From the IMG/VR virus record IMGVR_UViG_3300050821_005814, positions 1-64,000 of that record: 64,000 nucleotides of DNA; one strand, written 5' to 3'. Below the pieces are notes generated by a model. It was not told where the DNA came from, made no database searches, and saw only the letters and a list, made by a program, of their open reading frames with translations. This DNA comes from a virus. A program made the translations under genes and the position numbers. This document shows positions 1 through 9,511 of the stretch, in pieces (the first letter of the stretch is position 1; each line of letters begins with the position of its first letter).

Positions 1-315
1 ATCTATGTTGCGCGCTGCGTGCACGATCAACACCTCATCCCCTACTGCGACAGGATATGTCGCCATGTACCCGCCGCCATGCTGCACAACAAGCGGGACA
101 TCGGGTATGATTGGCAGGTTCTGCAACCCGACAGTACCATCAGCCGATGCTACCTTCCCTTGGATAGCTGGCTGCACATCGACCGTGATCTTGCCGCCAA
201 GGTCGGACACCTTCGTGATCATGCCCGGCTGCGCTGTCCAAATCTGGACCTGCCGCCCATCCATGATCAATTGCAGCGCATCATGCTCGCTCGCAATGCG
301 TTCATAGAAGTCCAT
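1..315 (-). CDS. Baseplate spike protein, Gp138/gpV-like N-terminal OB domain (partial, runs off window)
   Basis: Not in ORF track. ATG at 315 overlaps the hub-gene stop (TAATG). Translates MDFYERIASEHDALQLIMDGRQVQIWTAQPGMITKV...VDVQPAIQG...LPIIPDVPL...GGGYMATYPVAVGDEVLIVHAARNID, typical of Gp138-type spikes. Confidence 0.8.
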   Translation of the reverse strand, partial: MDFYERIASEHDALQLIMDGRQVQIWTAQPGMITKVSDLGGKITVDVQPAIQGKVASADGTVGLQNLPIIPDVPLVVQHGGGYMATYPVAVGDEVLIVHAARNID

Positions 316-1385
316 TACGGGGGAATCCCCGTCGGTAGGTCCAGCACGGCCCCCGTGATTGGCACCTTCGCCGTTGGATCAATCGACAAGCACAGCATGT
401 CTGTGTACCAATCGTTCCCGCGGTTGTCGCCGGTGTGATCAACGAACAGCACCTTGTAGAAGCCATCAGCCTCCGTCGACGGGAAAAAGTTTACGGCGGT
501 AAACGCCATGTTGACAGGCGGCTGTTGGATCAGCGCATTGGCAATTTGCACGCGCCGACCAATGCCGATGTTGGGGTTGAGTAAGCAGCGCGCACGTACA
601 CCGTCTTGCGTCAACTCCGGCAAGCCGATCAGTCCCGTGTCAGAGCGCAGCACAATGGCAGGAAGGTCAAGGTAGCCAGTGCGCGGCACAAACTGAATGG
701 TGTTGTTGCCATCGAAGAACCATGAGTTGTCATGCGACGCAGCGACATCGCGCAACACGTCACGCCCCATACCGAACAGCGCACGTCCTCGAGGCGACGC
801 GGCGGGAGGTGTGACAGGCACAGCATTTGCAGCACCAGGGGACACGGCTGGCGGGTTGCCAAGCGTCACGCCAAACTGCCCGTTGCTCTTCGACTTCGCT
901 ACTGCATTCGCGACGTCTGTCTGACTGTAGCCGGCAGCAAGCGTCGCATTGACAATGCCCCAATTGTGCGGCGCGTCACTGCTGGACGCAAAGATGTCGC
1001 AGTAGGTCGTCGTCGCGTCTTCTTTGCCCGTCCGCGTGTAGCGAATGGTGCCACTGAATATGGTGCCATACGCTGCCGTCGTGTACCCAGCCTTGAGAAT
1101 GATCTGCCCATTGCTGGACGCATTCCCCGAATTGGCCAAGCCCCACTCAGACGGCGTTACGCCAAGCCCCTGGATGAACCTGACTGTGTTCTGCGCTGGG
1201 TTGTATAGGCGGACCTCCAGCGTGTCTGGCGTGCTGCTGACCCAATGGCGGACCTTGAAGTGCGCATGCAATGCCGTGCCTATTGCGTCATTGGGGACTA
1301 TGAGCTCACGCCCATTGCCTTGCTGGTCCGCGATGACCAGCGACATCTTGCGAATGAATTGCGCGCCTGCTGTGCTGCCGCTCAT
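315..1385 (-). CDS. Baseplate hub protein (gp27/gpD-like)
   Basis: 356 aa; motifs ILKAGY, IFSGTI, TGLIGLP, RCLLNPNI, DGFYKV..GDNRGNDWY; lies between plug and spike genes. Confidence 0.8.
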   Translation of the reverse strand: MSGSTAGAQFIRKMSLVIADQQGNGRELIVPNDAIGTALHAHFKVRHWVSSTPDTLEVRLYNPAQNTVRFIQGLGVTPSEWGLANSGNASSNGQIILKAGYTTAAYGTIFSGTIRYTRTGKEDATTTYCDIFASSSDAPHNWGIVNATLAAGYSQTDVANAVAKSKSNGQFGVTLGNPPAVSPGAANAVPVTPPAASPRGRALFGMGRDVLRDVAASHDNSWFFDGNNTIQFVPRTGYLDLPAIVLRSDTGLIGLPELTQDGVRARCLLNPNIGIGRRVQIANALIQQPPVNMAFTAVNFFPSTEADGFYKVLFVDHTGDNRGNDWYTDMLCLSIDPTAKVPITGAVLDLPTGIPP

Positions 1386-1702
1386 GGGATTAGGAAGTAG
1401 AGTTGCGCATCAGCACCGAGATCCTCGAATGCTGCTACTTTGTTGGGGTCGGATCCGCATTGCAGGATGAGCAGGCCGCCAAAGCCCAAGTAGTCGTACT
1501 GCTCCAGCAGGTTCGTTGTCGGCACCATGCTTATGCCGCAGACGATCGGATTGCTTGCTTGGTCGTTGATGTCAAGCGTCCAACCAGCTTCGGGGTCGTC
1601 CATGTAGAAGATGTTGAGAACATAAGTCACGCCAACCAGCGTCACGCTCAATGTCTGCGGTGCTGCAATCAGGGGGATGAGAACAACGGTCGACATGCTC
1701 AC
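1382..1702 (-). CDS. Baseplate plug-like small protein
   Basis: 106 aa; IPL..PQTLSVTL...WTLDI...GISMV...NLLEQY pattern; synteny. Confidence 0.7.
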   Translation of the reverse strand: MSMSTVVLIPLIAAPQTLSVTLVGVTYVLNIFYMDDPEAGWTLDINDQASNPIVCGISMVPTTNLLEQYDYLGFGGLLILQCGSDPNKVAAFEDLGADAQLYFLIP

Positions 1703-2358
1703 CCTCCCTGCACTGGTAGACCGAGACCGAGCGTCTCATTGAGGTGCACAAGGATACTTGGCCCTTGTGGTGTAGGCTGCTGTGGCCCCTGACTTTGGTT
1801 GGGGGATGTCTGCTGCGGAAATGTCTGCTGATCCTGCGATGGGACTTGCGTTGATTGCGTCGATACGATGATCACTTCCTGACAGACAGCAACGACCATG
1901 AGCGAGTTCTCAGTGTTCACATCGGTCACAACCATCAAGGATGGCATCGCCATATTCGTGTACATGCGCTTGCCGGTGAAGACGCTAAACAGCTTACCGC
2001 TGATACGCATCGCGAGCAGCTTCTTGTACACCTGCTGCACATAACCGTCGCCAAACAGTCCGCCGATCAAATTGGCGGGATCCAACTGCGTCAGGTCCGC
2101 TGCCCCCGACAGCAACGTCGCTGGCGATATGAGGATGGAATTGCTCCACGCCCAGCGCAGCGTAACTTCTGCCGGCATGACATACATGTGATCATTGACT
2201 GGCGCACCGAACTCGACTGGGTGCTGTGTGATCGTCATACGATCGACATGCCGCTCCTCAATCGCGCATCCAGGAATGATCGTGCCAATCGCGCGATGGG
2301 TCTGGAACAGTACGGTCGACAGTCCCGATAGGATGCCAGCTGCTGCGGAGAAGCTCAT
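1699..2358 (-). CDS. Dit-like baseplate/tail tube initiator protein
   Basis: EERH...ITQHPVEFGAPVNDHMY and FTGKRMYTNM motifs; immediately downstream of tape measure. Confidence 0.75.
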   Translation of the reverse strand: MSFSAAAGILSGLSTVLFQTHRAIGTIIPGCAIEERHVDRMTITQHPVEFGAPVNDHMYVMPAEVTLRWAWSNSILISPATLLSGAADLTQLDPANLIGGLFGDGYVQQVYKKLLAMRISGKLFSVFTGKRMYTNMAMPSLMVVTDVNTENSLMVVAVCQEVIIVSTQSTQVPSQDQQTFPQQTSPNQSQGPQQPTPQGPSILVHLNETLGLGLPVQGG

Positions 2359-4382
2359 CGCACAGCTCCTTGCGCTGTGCGTATCGCATTGCGTGTCGCG
2401 TCTTCATGTCCGCCGAGCACAAGCCCAGCGGCTGTACGCGCATCGCTCACGCCGCTAATGTTGATGGTCGTCTGCTGGTTGAGCGTCGCACCGCCACCCC
2501 CATCACCACTCCCGCCCCGCGGTAGCAATGCAGCCATATCGCGTGCAGCAGCAACATGCCCTGGACGGTCTCTCTCCATCAACGCAGACCCACCAGACTC
2601 AAATGGGAATGCTGCGTTGGCTTGCGCATCGATATCATAGCGCGGATCACGCAAATGCTCGAGCAGCGCGCGGAACTGCGGCGACCGCAACTCAGACAGC
2701 GTGTACTGATAGTCGACCTCCTCATTCGACATTCCAGGATGCGCAGCACCAAATGCATCACGCGCTACGCGACGATCACCTGTATCCTGCCAAATACCAA
2801 ATCCTGGGTGCGCCGTACCAGGGGGGTCGTGCTCAGCAGGTATGCTACGCAAGCCAGACTCCACATACCCCATGCCAACCATTGCAGCAGCACCCTCTGG
2901 CGACAGCCCTAAGTCCTGCATGAATCGCTGCATAAAGGTCTTTGCGCGCTCTTGCACAGGAGCCGATGGCGGCCCAGGTTTGCTCCCACCACCGCCGCCA
3001 GGCGCACCTCCCCCACCGCCGCCCCAGGAGAACCATGGCTTGACATTGAGATCCCACCATGACGGCCCATCTTTCGGGCGGGTATCAGGCGGTATTGGTG
3101 CGCCAGTCGTCTTATTGTCAATCCACTCCAGCACAGACGCAATTTGATGCAGCACCTCGCCCAGCCGCAGTATCGGGAACACTGCTTTCGCGAGACGCTC
3201 AGCTAGTCCAGGTCCCCACCTACTGACGGACTCTGAAAACTTGCTGAGAGCTGTCTCGATACCATTGGGTCCTACGACGAGATCGACGATGTGTTCGAGC
3301 GCTGCCCCAATATGCCCCAGCGCTGTAATCGCATTGTCAACGTCTGGTTGCCATTGCTCCCATGGTATGATGTGGGGCATCTGTTCACGGAATGCGCGGT
3401 AGTCGCTAAGGATTGTCAGGAACAACCCGCCGAAGAGCAATGCGCGGCCGAGGGGCGACGCGACAAATGAGCTATTGAGCAGAACCCATGCAGCACCCAA
3501 AGCGCCGACGATCTCAATGACGCGCTGTACTTCAGGTGGTAGTGATTGAAACCCAGCGATCAACCCATTGAACGCCCAACCGACAGTATCCGCCATCTTC
3601 TCAACGACATCCATTGCGGACAGAAAGGCGTGCGCGACGAACTCAATGGCAGCAGCGATACGTTCAAAGTTGTTCTCGAGGAACTCGCGGAAGTGCTGGA
3701 TGTCTTGCGTAACGCGTTGCGACAGCGCTTCGTTGACTTTGATGCGCAGCACATAGAATGCTGACCCAAGGAAGGTCAGTTCGTTTGTCAGCTTGTGCGC
3801 GTCGTCGGTCGCTTGCGTCAGATTGACATGCGCGCGGCGGAGCTGTTCGTTGAAGACCCCCTGGTTGCGCTGCAGATCAGGGTTCTCAATGGCTTGCAAC
3901 TCGCGGAAGCCAATACCCATCTGCTGCGCACGCGCAATCGCGAGGTACTGCGGCATTTGGCGGAAGCGGGCACCGAGTTGCGTGAGCGCCTGGGTGGGGT
4001 CTTGGTTTGGATTGACGCCAAGCGCGGACACAAGGCCCGCAGCTCCAGGCGAGCTTCGCAGGAACATGGCGAAGCTCTCAATAGCCGACCGCATACCACC
4101 GACAGAGCTGCCGACAGTGCTAGCCGCTTGCGACAATGTCAGGAGGTTTTGTGCAGCCGCGTTGGTGCGCTGCGATGCCCAGTAGAGATCGTTTAGCCCA
4201 TCGGCCATCTGCGAGACAGCAGCTACGACTGTGACGGCAGCCGCCTCCGCAGCCGCAGCCAACTGCGCAACGCGCAGCGTCGCTAGCGCAATGTGATCGA
4301 AGAACTGCCGGCTCTTGTTCTCATCGACCTTGAAGCCGAGTGAGATCAAAAACTCGCGCAGTACCTGGGCGTCGATCGCCAT
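2355..4382 (-). CDS. Tape measure protein with C-terminal phage tail lysozyme domain
   Basis: N-term LREFLISLGFKVD; helical Ala-rich body; C-term LGLSPEGAAAMVG...ESG...GFGIWQDTGDRR is characteristic of phage tail lysozymes. Confidence 0.85.
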   Translation of the reverse strand: MAIDAQVLREFLISLGFKVDENKSRQFFDHIALATLRVAQLAAAAEAAAVTVVAAVSQMADGLNDLYWASQRTNAAAQNLLTLSQAASTVGSSVGGMRSAIESFAMFLRSSPGAAGLVSALGVNPNQDPTQALTQLGARFRQMPQYLAIARAQQMGIGFRELQAIENPDLQRNQGVFNEQLRRAHVNLTQATDDAHKLTNELTFLGSAFYVLRIKVNEALSQRVTQDIQHFREFLENNFERIAAAIEFVAHAFLSAMDVVEKMADTVGWAFNGLIAGFQSLPPEVQRVIEIVGALGAAWVLLNSSFVASPLGRALLFGGLFLTILSDYRAFREQMPHIIPWEQWQPDVDNAITALGHIGAALEHIVDLVVGPNGIETALSKFSESVSRWGPGLAERLAKAVFPILRLGEVLHQIASVLEWIDNKTTGAPIPPDTRPKDGPSWWDLNVKPWFSWGGGGGGAPGGGGGSKPGPPSAPVQERAKTFMQRFMQDLGLSPEGAAAMVGMGYVESGLRSIPAEHDPPGTAHPGFGIWQDTGDRRVARDAFGAAHPGMSNEEVDYQYTLSELRSPQFRALLEHLRDPRYDIDAQANAAFPFESGGSALMERDRPGHVAAARDMAALLPRGGSGDGGGGATLNQQTTINISGVSDARTAAGLVLGGHEDATRNAIRTAQGAVR

Positions 4383-4385
4383 TAG

Positions 4386-4634
4386 CTAGGGACTCTTGTT
4401 TGCGTCATGGTAGCGGGCTTCATTTTCATCCTGCACATCCAGCGCGTCATTCGCCTGCGCGATCTCCGCTATGGTGATCGCGCCATTAAAGAGGGACTCG
4501 CCCTTGAACACCCCGCGTAGGATTGGACGCCATATCCAATCCGTACCGTCAGCCATAGTCACCCATTTGACTACGCGCTTGGTTGCGGGGGGCCGTCTTG
4601 CGAAACTTGCTGCGGCAGGGCGGGAATAAAACCC
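4386..4634 (-). CDS. Tail assembly chaperone C-terminal (gpT-like) segment, reached by -1 frameshift or from ATG at 4556
   Basis: Open -1 frame from slippery GGGTTTT (4628-4634) to stop at 4386; DWIWRPIL...IAQANDALDVQDENE. Confidence 0.6.
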   Translation of the reverse strand, partial: GFYSRPAAASFARRPPATKRVVKWVTMADGTDWIWRPILRGVFKGESLFNGAITIAEIAQANDALDVQDENEARYHDANKSP

Positions 4635-4990
4635 GCGAAGTTGTCCATCAGGACAAAGTAGACTAGCTGCACCATCGTTGGCATGGTGATGTCCTGGAAC
4701 TGCATTGCTTTCGCGCTGCGGTTCCATATCGTGACCCAGACGCCATCCCTTTGCGTCTGGACATCTCCCAAGCACTTGTCAAACACGTACGCGCAGTCTT
4801 CGTCAGGCAAGCTCGAGATACCCTTGCCGATCTTGACTGCGAATTCCTCGACATCTCTCGTCGGTGATCGTGCTATCTCAGCGAGCGTGTCCATGAGCGG
4901 CATGAGCCGCTTCATGACATAGAACTGGTCCATCGCGGATAGCGTGCGCGATGATCTGTACTGCGCGTCATTCACGTTAACGTCGATCAA
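4571..4990 (-). CDS. Tail assembly chaperone (gpG-like)
   Basis: 139 aa between tube and tape measure; LSAMDQFYVMKRLMP motif; TTG start with AGGAG upstream. Confidence 0.75.
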   Translation of the reverse strand: MIDVNVNDAQYRSSRTLSAMDQFYVMKRLMPLMDTLAEIARSPTRDVEEFAVKIGKGISSLPDEDCAYVFDKCLGDVQTQRDGVWVTIWNRSAKAMQFQDITMPTMVQLVYFVLMDNFAGFIPALPQQVSQDGPPQPSA

Positions 4991-5016
4991 GGTCCTGACT
5001 CCTTTGATCTATAGGT

Positions 5017-5466
5017 TCAGCCAAGCACGCTGTCGATGTAGCCGCAATTGAAAGCCCATTCGTTGACATTGCCGTTGGCGGCATATGTAATCCCTGGAAA
5101 GCGCCGGAACGCAACGCCCTGCGCAATCGTCGCATCGCCGCGCGCAACGTCGGCGATATGCAGGATGTTGTTACCCCATACTGCCGATGACACCGCTTGC
5201 GTGTCATACATCGCTTGCAGTAGCGCATTTGTCGGCGACGTTTTCAGTACGCGCACCGTGATCGTGCCGGACTTGTCCGCACGAAGACTGTGCATGGGGG
5301 TGCCGTCAGCGCCGATAGTCATGGTATCACGATCGCCGTTACGCTCGATCGTGATACCCTCTTCCGCGTCACCCGACCCTTCGCCGAGATTGACGTTCCC
5401 ACCAGGCCCCGTGATGTTTGCGACGACATCAAGGAACGAGTAGGTACCAGATGGCAGACCAGCCAT
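5017..5466 (-). CDS. Tail tube protein (DUF3277-like)
   Basis: TYSFLDV, GADG..MHSL..DKSGTITVR.LKTSP.N motifs; follows sheath. Confidence 0.85.
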   Translation of the reverse strand: MAGLPSGTYSFLDVVANITGPGGNVNLGEGSGDAEEGITIERNGDRDTMTIGADGTPMHSLRADKSGTITVRVLKTSPTNALLQAMYDTQAVSSAVWGNNILHIADVARGDATIAQGVAFRRFPGITYAANGNVNEWAFNCGYIDSVLG

Positions 5467-5495
5467 AGATCAAACCTCCTACTTACAAAAATGCC

Positions 5496-7034
5496 TCAGC
5501 GATTGACCTGGATACCCACATTGGCAAAGTGGATAGCGCCAGCAAGCTTGCATGCCACCTGGATGGGGACAGACTTCCGTGCCTCGCGATCAGCCTGCGC
5601 TTGCGAGGCAATAGGCGGGGCGTAGACGTAGAACCCAGCAGTAAGCGTGTCGCCAGTCTGCAAGGAACCAAACTGCAGTGCGCTCGTCCAGACGCCAGGT
5701 GCTACAAGCCCATTGTTGACAGCAGCGTTCATCGACGCTGCGATGTTCGTCACGATCTGCTGGTTACCAGCATCTGTCTGCGGAATCTTCGTTGGCGTCT
5801 GGTAGAAGAGATTCCACAGATTGGTCTGTACAAAATTCTGCAGCCAGTCGAGGCCGGTCACCTCATCGAAGAAGTAGCCATTACACATGACGCCCTGCTG
5901 AATGATCGAAGCGCCATTCTGGTAGGTCGCGTAGACGTTGCAGTTCTTCTGGTTGAGCGACGCAGCCTGCGACTCCGTGAGTACCTCTGGGATGACGCCC
6001 GGCTCCTGCTTGAACTTCATGGTGAGCGTACTGTTCTGCGCGGAGTAGTTCACCGTGAAGTCGCGACCGTAGAACGACGCAACGGCGTAGGGCGAGGTTG
6101 ACGAGTACTGAATAAAGCTTCGGAAGTAGCCAAGCGACTCCATCACGGACGCAAGGTCTGTGTTGATATTGCTCAGCAGGATGTTGCTCTCGTTGCTCGT
6201 GATGCCATAGATGTGGCTTGTGCCAAGCGCCTGAATCATCCCCCCGACTGCTTCATGCGATGCATCCGAGATATCCGTGATGTTGATCGGCGCGAACATG
6301 AAGCCATACACGGACTGGTTACCCAACGTCGACCCAAGCAACACATTCGCTGCTGTCAATGGTGTTTCAGCAGCGATGCCAGCGATCGGTGGGACAGCAC
6401 CAGACGCAGCGGTACCACCGATGAGGGCGGAGATGTCTGTGCCGCTCCCTGCTGTTGACAGGAAGCTCATGGTCGATGACGTGCCGGTTGTGCCAGACGT
6501 CATCACGAAGCGCGTATTGCTGTCTGGCGCATACACGCATGTCGTACCAGCAAGCGCAGCATTCAGCGCTGCCTGAATGATCGACGCTGCGCCGTTGAGA
6601 TTGGTGATGCCGGTAAAGTTCAACCCGGAGATCGTATGCAGCGACCCATTGATCGAGATGTTGAAGCTGCCAGTCGAGATCGCCTGCAGCGATGCAAGCA
6701 ATGCCACTTGTTGCGATGCAGACAGCAAAGCGCACTCAAGGATACCTGCTGTCGCCTGCTGCGCCCAACGCCCAATATAGAGGATGGCTGGCTGCGGGTT
6801 CTGCTCGAAGAACAACTGCGCTGCCTGATACTCTGGCGTTGTGCTGCCAAAGTCAGCTTGCACCCCGCTGAACTGCGAGTACTGCCTGATACGCTGACTG
6901 ACATCGATCACAGGCGAGGGGCCACCGATCAGCAACGCGCCGAAGTTACGCGTTCCCGTTGCAGTCGGCGAGATCGTGACGGCGACATTGATGACGTCTG
7001 AAACTGCCAAGCCGGACCCAGTGGTACCGCTCAT
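5496..7034 (-). CDS. Tail sheath protein (DUF3383-like)
   Basis: 512 aa; TPEYQAAQLFF.Q.PQP..LYIGRW, TMKFKQEPG, FFDEVTGLDWL, KIPQTDAG, KLAGAIH motifs. Confidence 0.9.
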   Translation of the reverse strand: MSGTTGSGLAVSDVINVAVTISPTATGTRNFGALLIGGPSPVIDVSQRIRQYSQFSGVQADFGSTTPEYQAAQLFFEQNPQPAILYIGRWAQQATAGILECALLSASQQVALLASLQAISTGSFNISINGSLHTISGLNFTGITNLNGAASIIQAALNAALAGTTCVYAPDSNTRFVMTSGTTGTSSTMSFLSTAGSGTDISALIGGTAASGAVPPIAGIAAETPLTAANVLLGSTLGNQSVYGFMFAPINITDISDASHEAVGGMIQALGTSHIYGITSNESNILLSNINTDLASVMESLGYFRSFIQYSSTSPYAVASFYGRDFTVNYSAQNSTLTMKFKQEPGVIPEVLTESQAASLNQKNCNVYATYQNGASIIQQGVMCNGYFFDEVTGLDWLQNFVQTNLWNLFYQTPTKIPQTDAGNQQIVTNIAASMNAAVNNGLVAPGVWTSALQFGSLQTGDTLTAGFYVYAPPIASQAQADREARKSVPIQVACKLAGAIHFANVGIQVNR

Positions 7035-7069
7035 AGTACATTCCTCACAAGCTAAATGTGGTAGTCGAA

Positions 7070-7798
7070 CTAAACGCCGAAGCCAGGCTTACCTGTCTCA
7101 TCGGTTCCAGGGCGCCCTGAGTCGTCAATAGCCGGCACAAAGAGCGGCGGCGTTGGCGAGGGAGGTGCGCCAATCACAGGCACATCGAAAGGCTCTGCTG
7201 CGGGAGGCGTCTGGTCTGTGTTTAGCGTCCCTACCACATCGACCAGATACTCAATCGGGTAGGTCGTGATGATCTCGCGTGTCAGGTTGATCTCCAAGTC
7301 GACGCGTGAGATCCATTGCAGGTTAACGGCTTCGGGGACTGCACGAATGGTGCCGATGCCGCGCAGCTTGACGCCCTGCTTGTACAGGGGGTCAAGGTTT
7401 TGCTTGATCTGCAGGCTGCGGCGCAGGAGCGATGCATTGCCGCGCGCATGCGGACCATAGAACGATGCGAGCAAGCCGATTTCTTCATAGACCGCTTGGT
7501 TGAGCGAGCCAATCCCTTGCGGCGTTGCTAGCTCATACTCATAATCCCAACCATCCTGCGCTTGCGTCACAATGCCGATCGCGCACCAGTCGGTGCTGGG
7601 CGAAGGTTGCGTTGGCGGTAGGTTGGGATCGTTTGTCGGCGCTTGCCAACGCGGACGGACAAGCGATGGGGGAAGCGTCAATATGCCAGCGACGACGGAC
7701 TGAATGAGGTCAGCGAACGCGTCATCGTCAATGACAAGGTTTTGCGCTGGGAGAAGCGGCCCGCCAGTAGCAGATGTGTTGGAGTTCGTCTCGCTCAC
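7070..7798 (-). CDS. Neck/tail terminator protein
   Basis: LVRPRWQ, DWCAIGI, ASFYGP motifs; upstream of sheath. Confidence 0.75.
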   Translation of the reverse strand: MSETNSNTSATGGPLLPAQNLVIDDDAFADLIQSVVAGILTLPPSLVRPRWQAPTNDPNLPPTQPSPSTDWCAIGIVTQAQDGWDYEYELATPQGIGSLNQAVYEEIGLLASFYGPHARGNASLLRRSLQIKQNLDPLYKQGVKLRGIGTIRAVPEAVNLQWISRVDLEINLTREIITTYPIEYLVDVVGTLNTDQTPPAAEPFDVPVIGAPPSPTPPLFVPAIDDSGRPGTDETGKPGFGV

Positions 7799-7802
7799 TT
7801 AG

Positions 7803-8126
7803 TTAAGTCTGCACGTGTATTGTATGCGATCCATGCTGCTGCCCATGCTTACGTGCAGCATGAGTCGCTTCCTTGAAGGATCCGCTATGGAATGTCGTTT
7901 GCCCGTGTAGAGCACCCCCCTCATGCTTGAATGCCCAATTGCCTCTGCCGCGCGGCGCTTTACCATGCGTGAAACTATAATTGTTCTGCCCTCTAACCTC
8001 AGGCATCTTACGCTGACCCTTCTTCATGCCCGGCACGCCATAATCATGCGCTACGCGCTGGATAGCATCGGTTGCGGATGCGCCAAGCTTGCGCTGTGTT
8101 GCAAGTGCATCCAATGTCCTACTCAT
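7803..8126 (-). CDS. Small basic hypothetical protein with duplicated N-terminal leader
   Basis: Start chosen at ATG 8126 (MSRTLDALATQRKLG...); first ~38 aa nearly identical to those of 8541-8930. Confidence 0.6.
   Translation of the reverse strand: MSRTLDALATQRKLGASATDAIQRVAHDYGVPGMKKGQRKMPEVRGQNNYSFTHGKAPRGRGNWAFKHEGGALHGQTTFHSGSFKEATHAARKHGQQHGSHTIHVQT
8032..8063. repeat. 32-bp exact direct repeat, copy 1 (copy 2 at 8833-8864)
   Basis: ggcacgccataatcatgcgctacgcgctggat occurs at both positions within a longer near-identical block. Confidence 0.9.
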
Positions 8127-8541
8127 CGCAATCATCCTCTGCTTCATCGCCATCACTATCTTCGGGCTGCGACTGGTCGGTCAGGTCATGTAGCGTGCAG
8201 GTCGCGTTGATAAACCCCCTGCCCCATTGCGACCAGGGTTGCACATTCGACACGACATACCGCCGTCCTTCCCACAGCACTGTGTCCGCAGCACGCACAC
8301 CATCGTTGATGCGCAGCGGGTAGCGCGTGTAGATTGTCAGCGCACCTTCAACGCGAACGGAGTCTGGCAATAGCTGCAAGCCGCGTGGCGTTGCTGGCTG
8401 CACAGAACCGTGCGTCTTAATCGTTTTGTTCGTGAACGTCGCGCGACCATTGCTCCCAACTATCTCAATTGCCTGGACGACGCGGAACTCCATGTCGAAG
8501 TCGACGTCATCGACGATATCGCTGAGATCAATGGTCGCCAT
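8119..8541 (-). CDS. Head closure/head-tail joining protein
   Basis: 140 aa; GSVQPA...LQLLP...ADTVLWEGRRYVV motif. Confidence 0.75.
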   Translation of the reverse strand: MATIDLSDIVDDVDFDMEFRVVQAIEIVGSNGRATFTNKTIKTHGSVQPATPRGLQLLPDSVRVEGALTIYTRYPLRINDGVRAADTVLWEGRRYVVSNVQPWSQWGRGFINATCTLHDLTDQSQPEDSDGDEAEDDCDE

Positions 8542-8930
8542 TAACGCGCATTCCCCCGCCCGCGCCCAGTACCAGCTGTGCGCGAAGCTGAAACAAAGGC
8601 GGGCGTATGCATACCAATGCCCCGAATCTTACCCTTCTTTGTCACAGTTGCTGACGACTGACCCGATGGATGCAGATAGCTCGAACTCCCGCGGTTCGTT
8701 CCCTCAAACTTCCAACCTTCCTTCTCGAACTTGTTATGAATCTCCGAGTGGATAGGCTGTGAACGCGCATGAACGCGACTCTGAAAGTTAGCCTCATTAG
8801 ACCCACGTTTATGCTGACCCTTCTTCATACCAGGCACGCCATAATCATGCGCTACGCGCTGGATGGCGTCAGTTGACGACGCGCCCATACGACGCTGCGT
8901 CGCGATTGCGTCCAGTGTTCTACTTGCCAT
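8541..8930 (-). CDS. Small basic hypothetical protein with duplicated N-terminal leader
   Basis: MASRTLDAIATQRRMGASSTDAIQRVAHDYGVPGMKKGQ; stop overlaps next ATG. Confidence 0.6.
   Translation of the reverse strand: MASRTLDAIATQRRMGASSTDAIQRVAHDYGVPGMKKGQHKRGSNEANFQSRVHARSQPIHSEIHNKFEKEGWKFEGTNRGSSSYLHPSGQSSATVTKKGKIRGIGMHTPAFVSASRTAGTGRGRGNAR
8833..8864. repeat. 32-bp exact direct repeat, copy 2
   Basis: Identical to 8032-8063. Confidence 0.9.
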
Positions 8931-9510
8931 CGTTCCCATGCCTCCATCTCTGCGCAGGTAGCGAGCGGATCACAAAGGTGATCGACTGCCGCAACTGGCC
9001 GGTGTTAATCAACGTCGTCAGGTTGTTCTTGCCCCAGTAGACGAGATTCATCGTCTGCTGCTGCAAGCTCTTGAGCATCGCCGTCCCCTTACGCGTCCGA
9101 CGCAAGCGCGCCTTGACTGTGCTCTCCGCAAGCGGGGGAGGGATGTTAGATGAGATCTTAGAACGCACCGCATTTTGCGCCTTCACCCCTAGCGCTTGGA
9201 GCTTGCGTTGCACAGCAGGCTTGTCCCCGTCCAGCGCTAGGCGCCCTGCTATTAGCAGATCCGCCACGATCTCCTTCTGAATGCTCTCGACGCCAGGCAC
9301 AAGAAACGGGCGCGCTGGAACATTATGCCCAGGTTCGCCTGTCTCCATGACGTAACCTATGACCGCATTGCTGATCGGCGATCCGTCATTGCGTCCGGCA
9401 GCCGTGTCAGGGATGCCGACCATCACCTTCTGCGTTGTCATGTAGTCAATAGCCGCCACGACCTTTGGCAGATTGTCGATGATCTGCAGGTTGCTTGGCT
9501 TCTGCGCCAT
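8920..9510 (-). CDS. Neck/virion morphogenesis protein (HK97 gp10-like)
   Basis: VMVGIP, NAVIGY..E.G....PARPFL, PPLAEST, LINTGQLRQSIT motifs; start taken at ATG 9510. Confidence 0.8.
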   Translation of the reverse strand: MAQKPSNLQIIDNLPKVVAAIDYMTTQKVMVGIPDTAAGRNDGSPISNAVIGYVMETGEPGHNVPARPFLVPGVESIQKEIVADLLIAGRLALDGDKPAVQRKLQALGVKAQNAVRSKISSNIPPPLAESTVKARLRRTRKGTAMLKSLQQQTMNLVYWGKNNLTTLINTGQLRQSITFVIRSLPAQRWRHGNDGK

Positions 9511-9511
9511 T

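Noticed and set aside
8620-8740. HicA toxin call for the 8541-8930 C-terminus
   Set aside because: Only weak pattern similarity, catalytic His of the GSH motif missing and no HicB neighbour.
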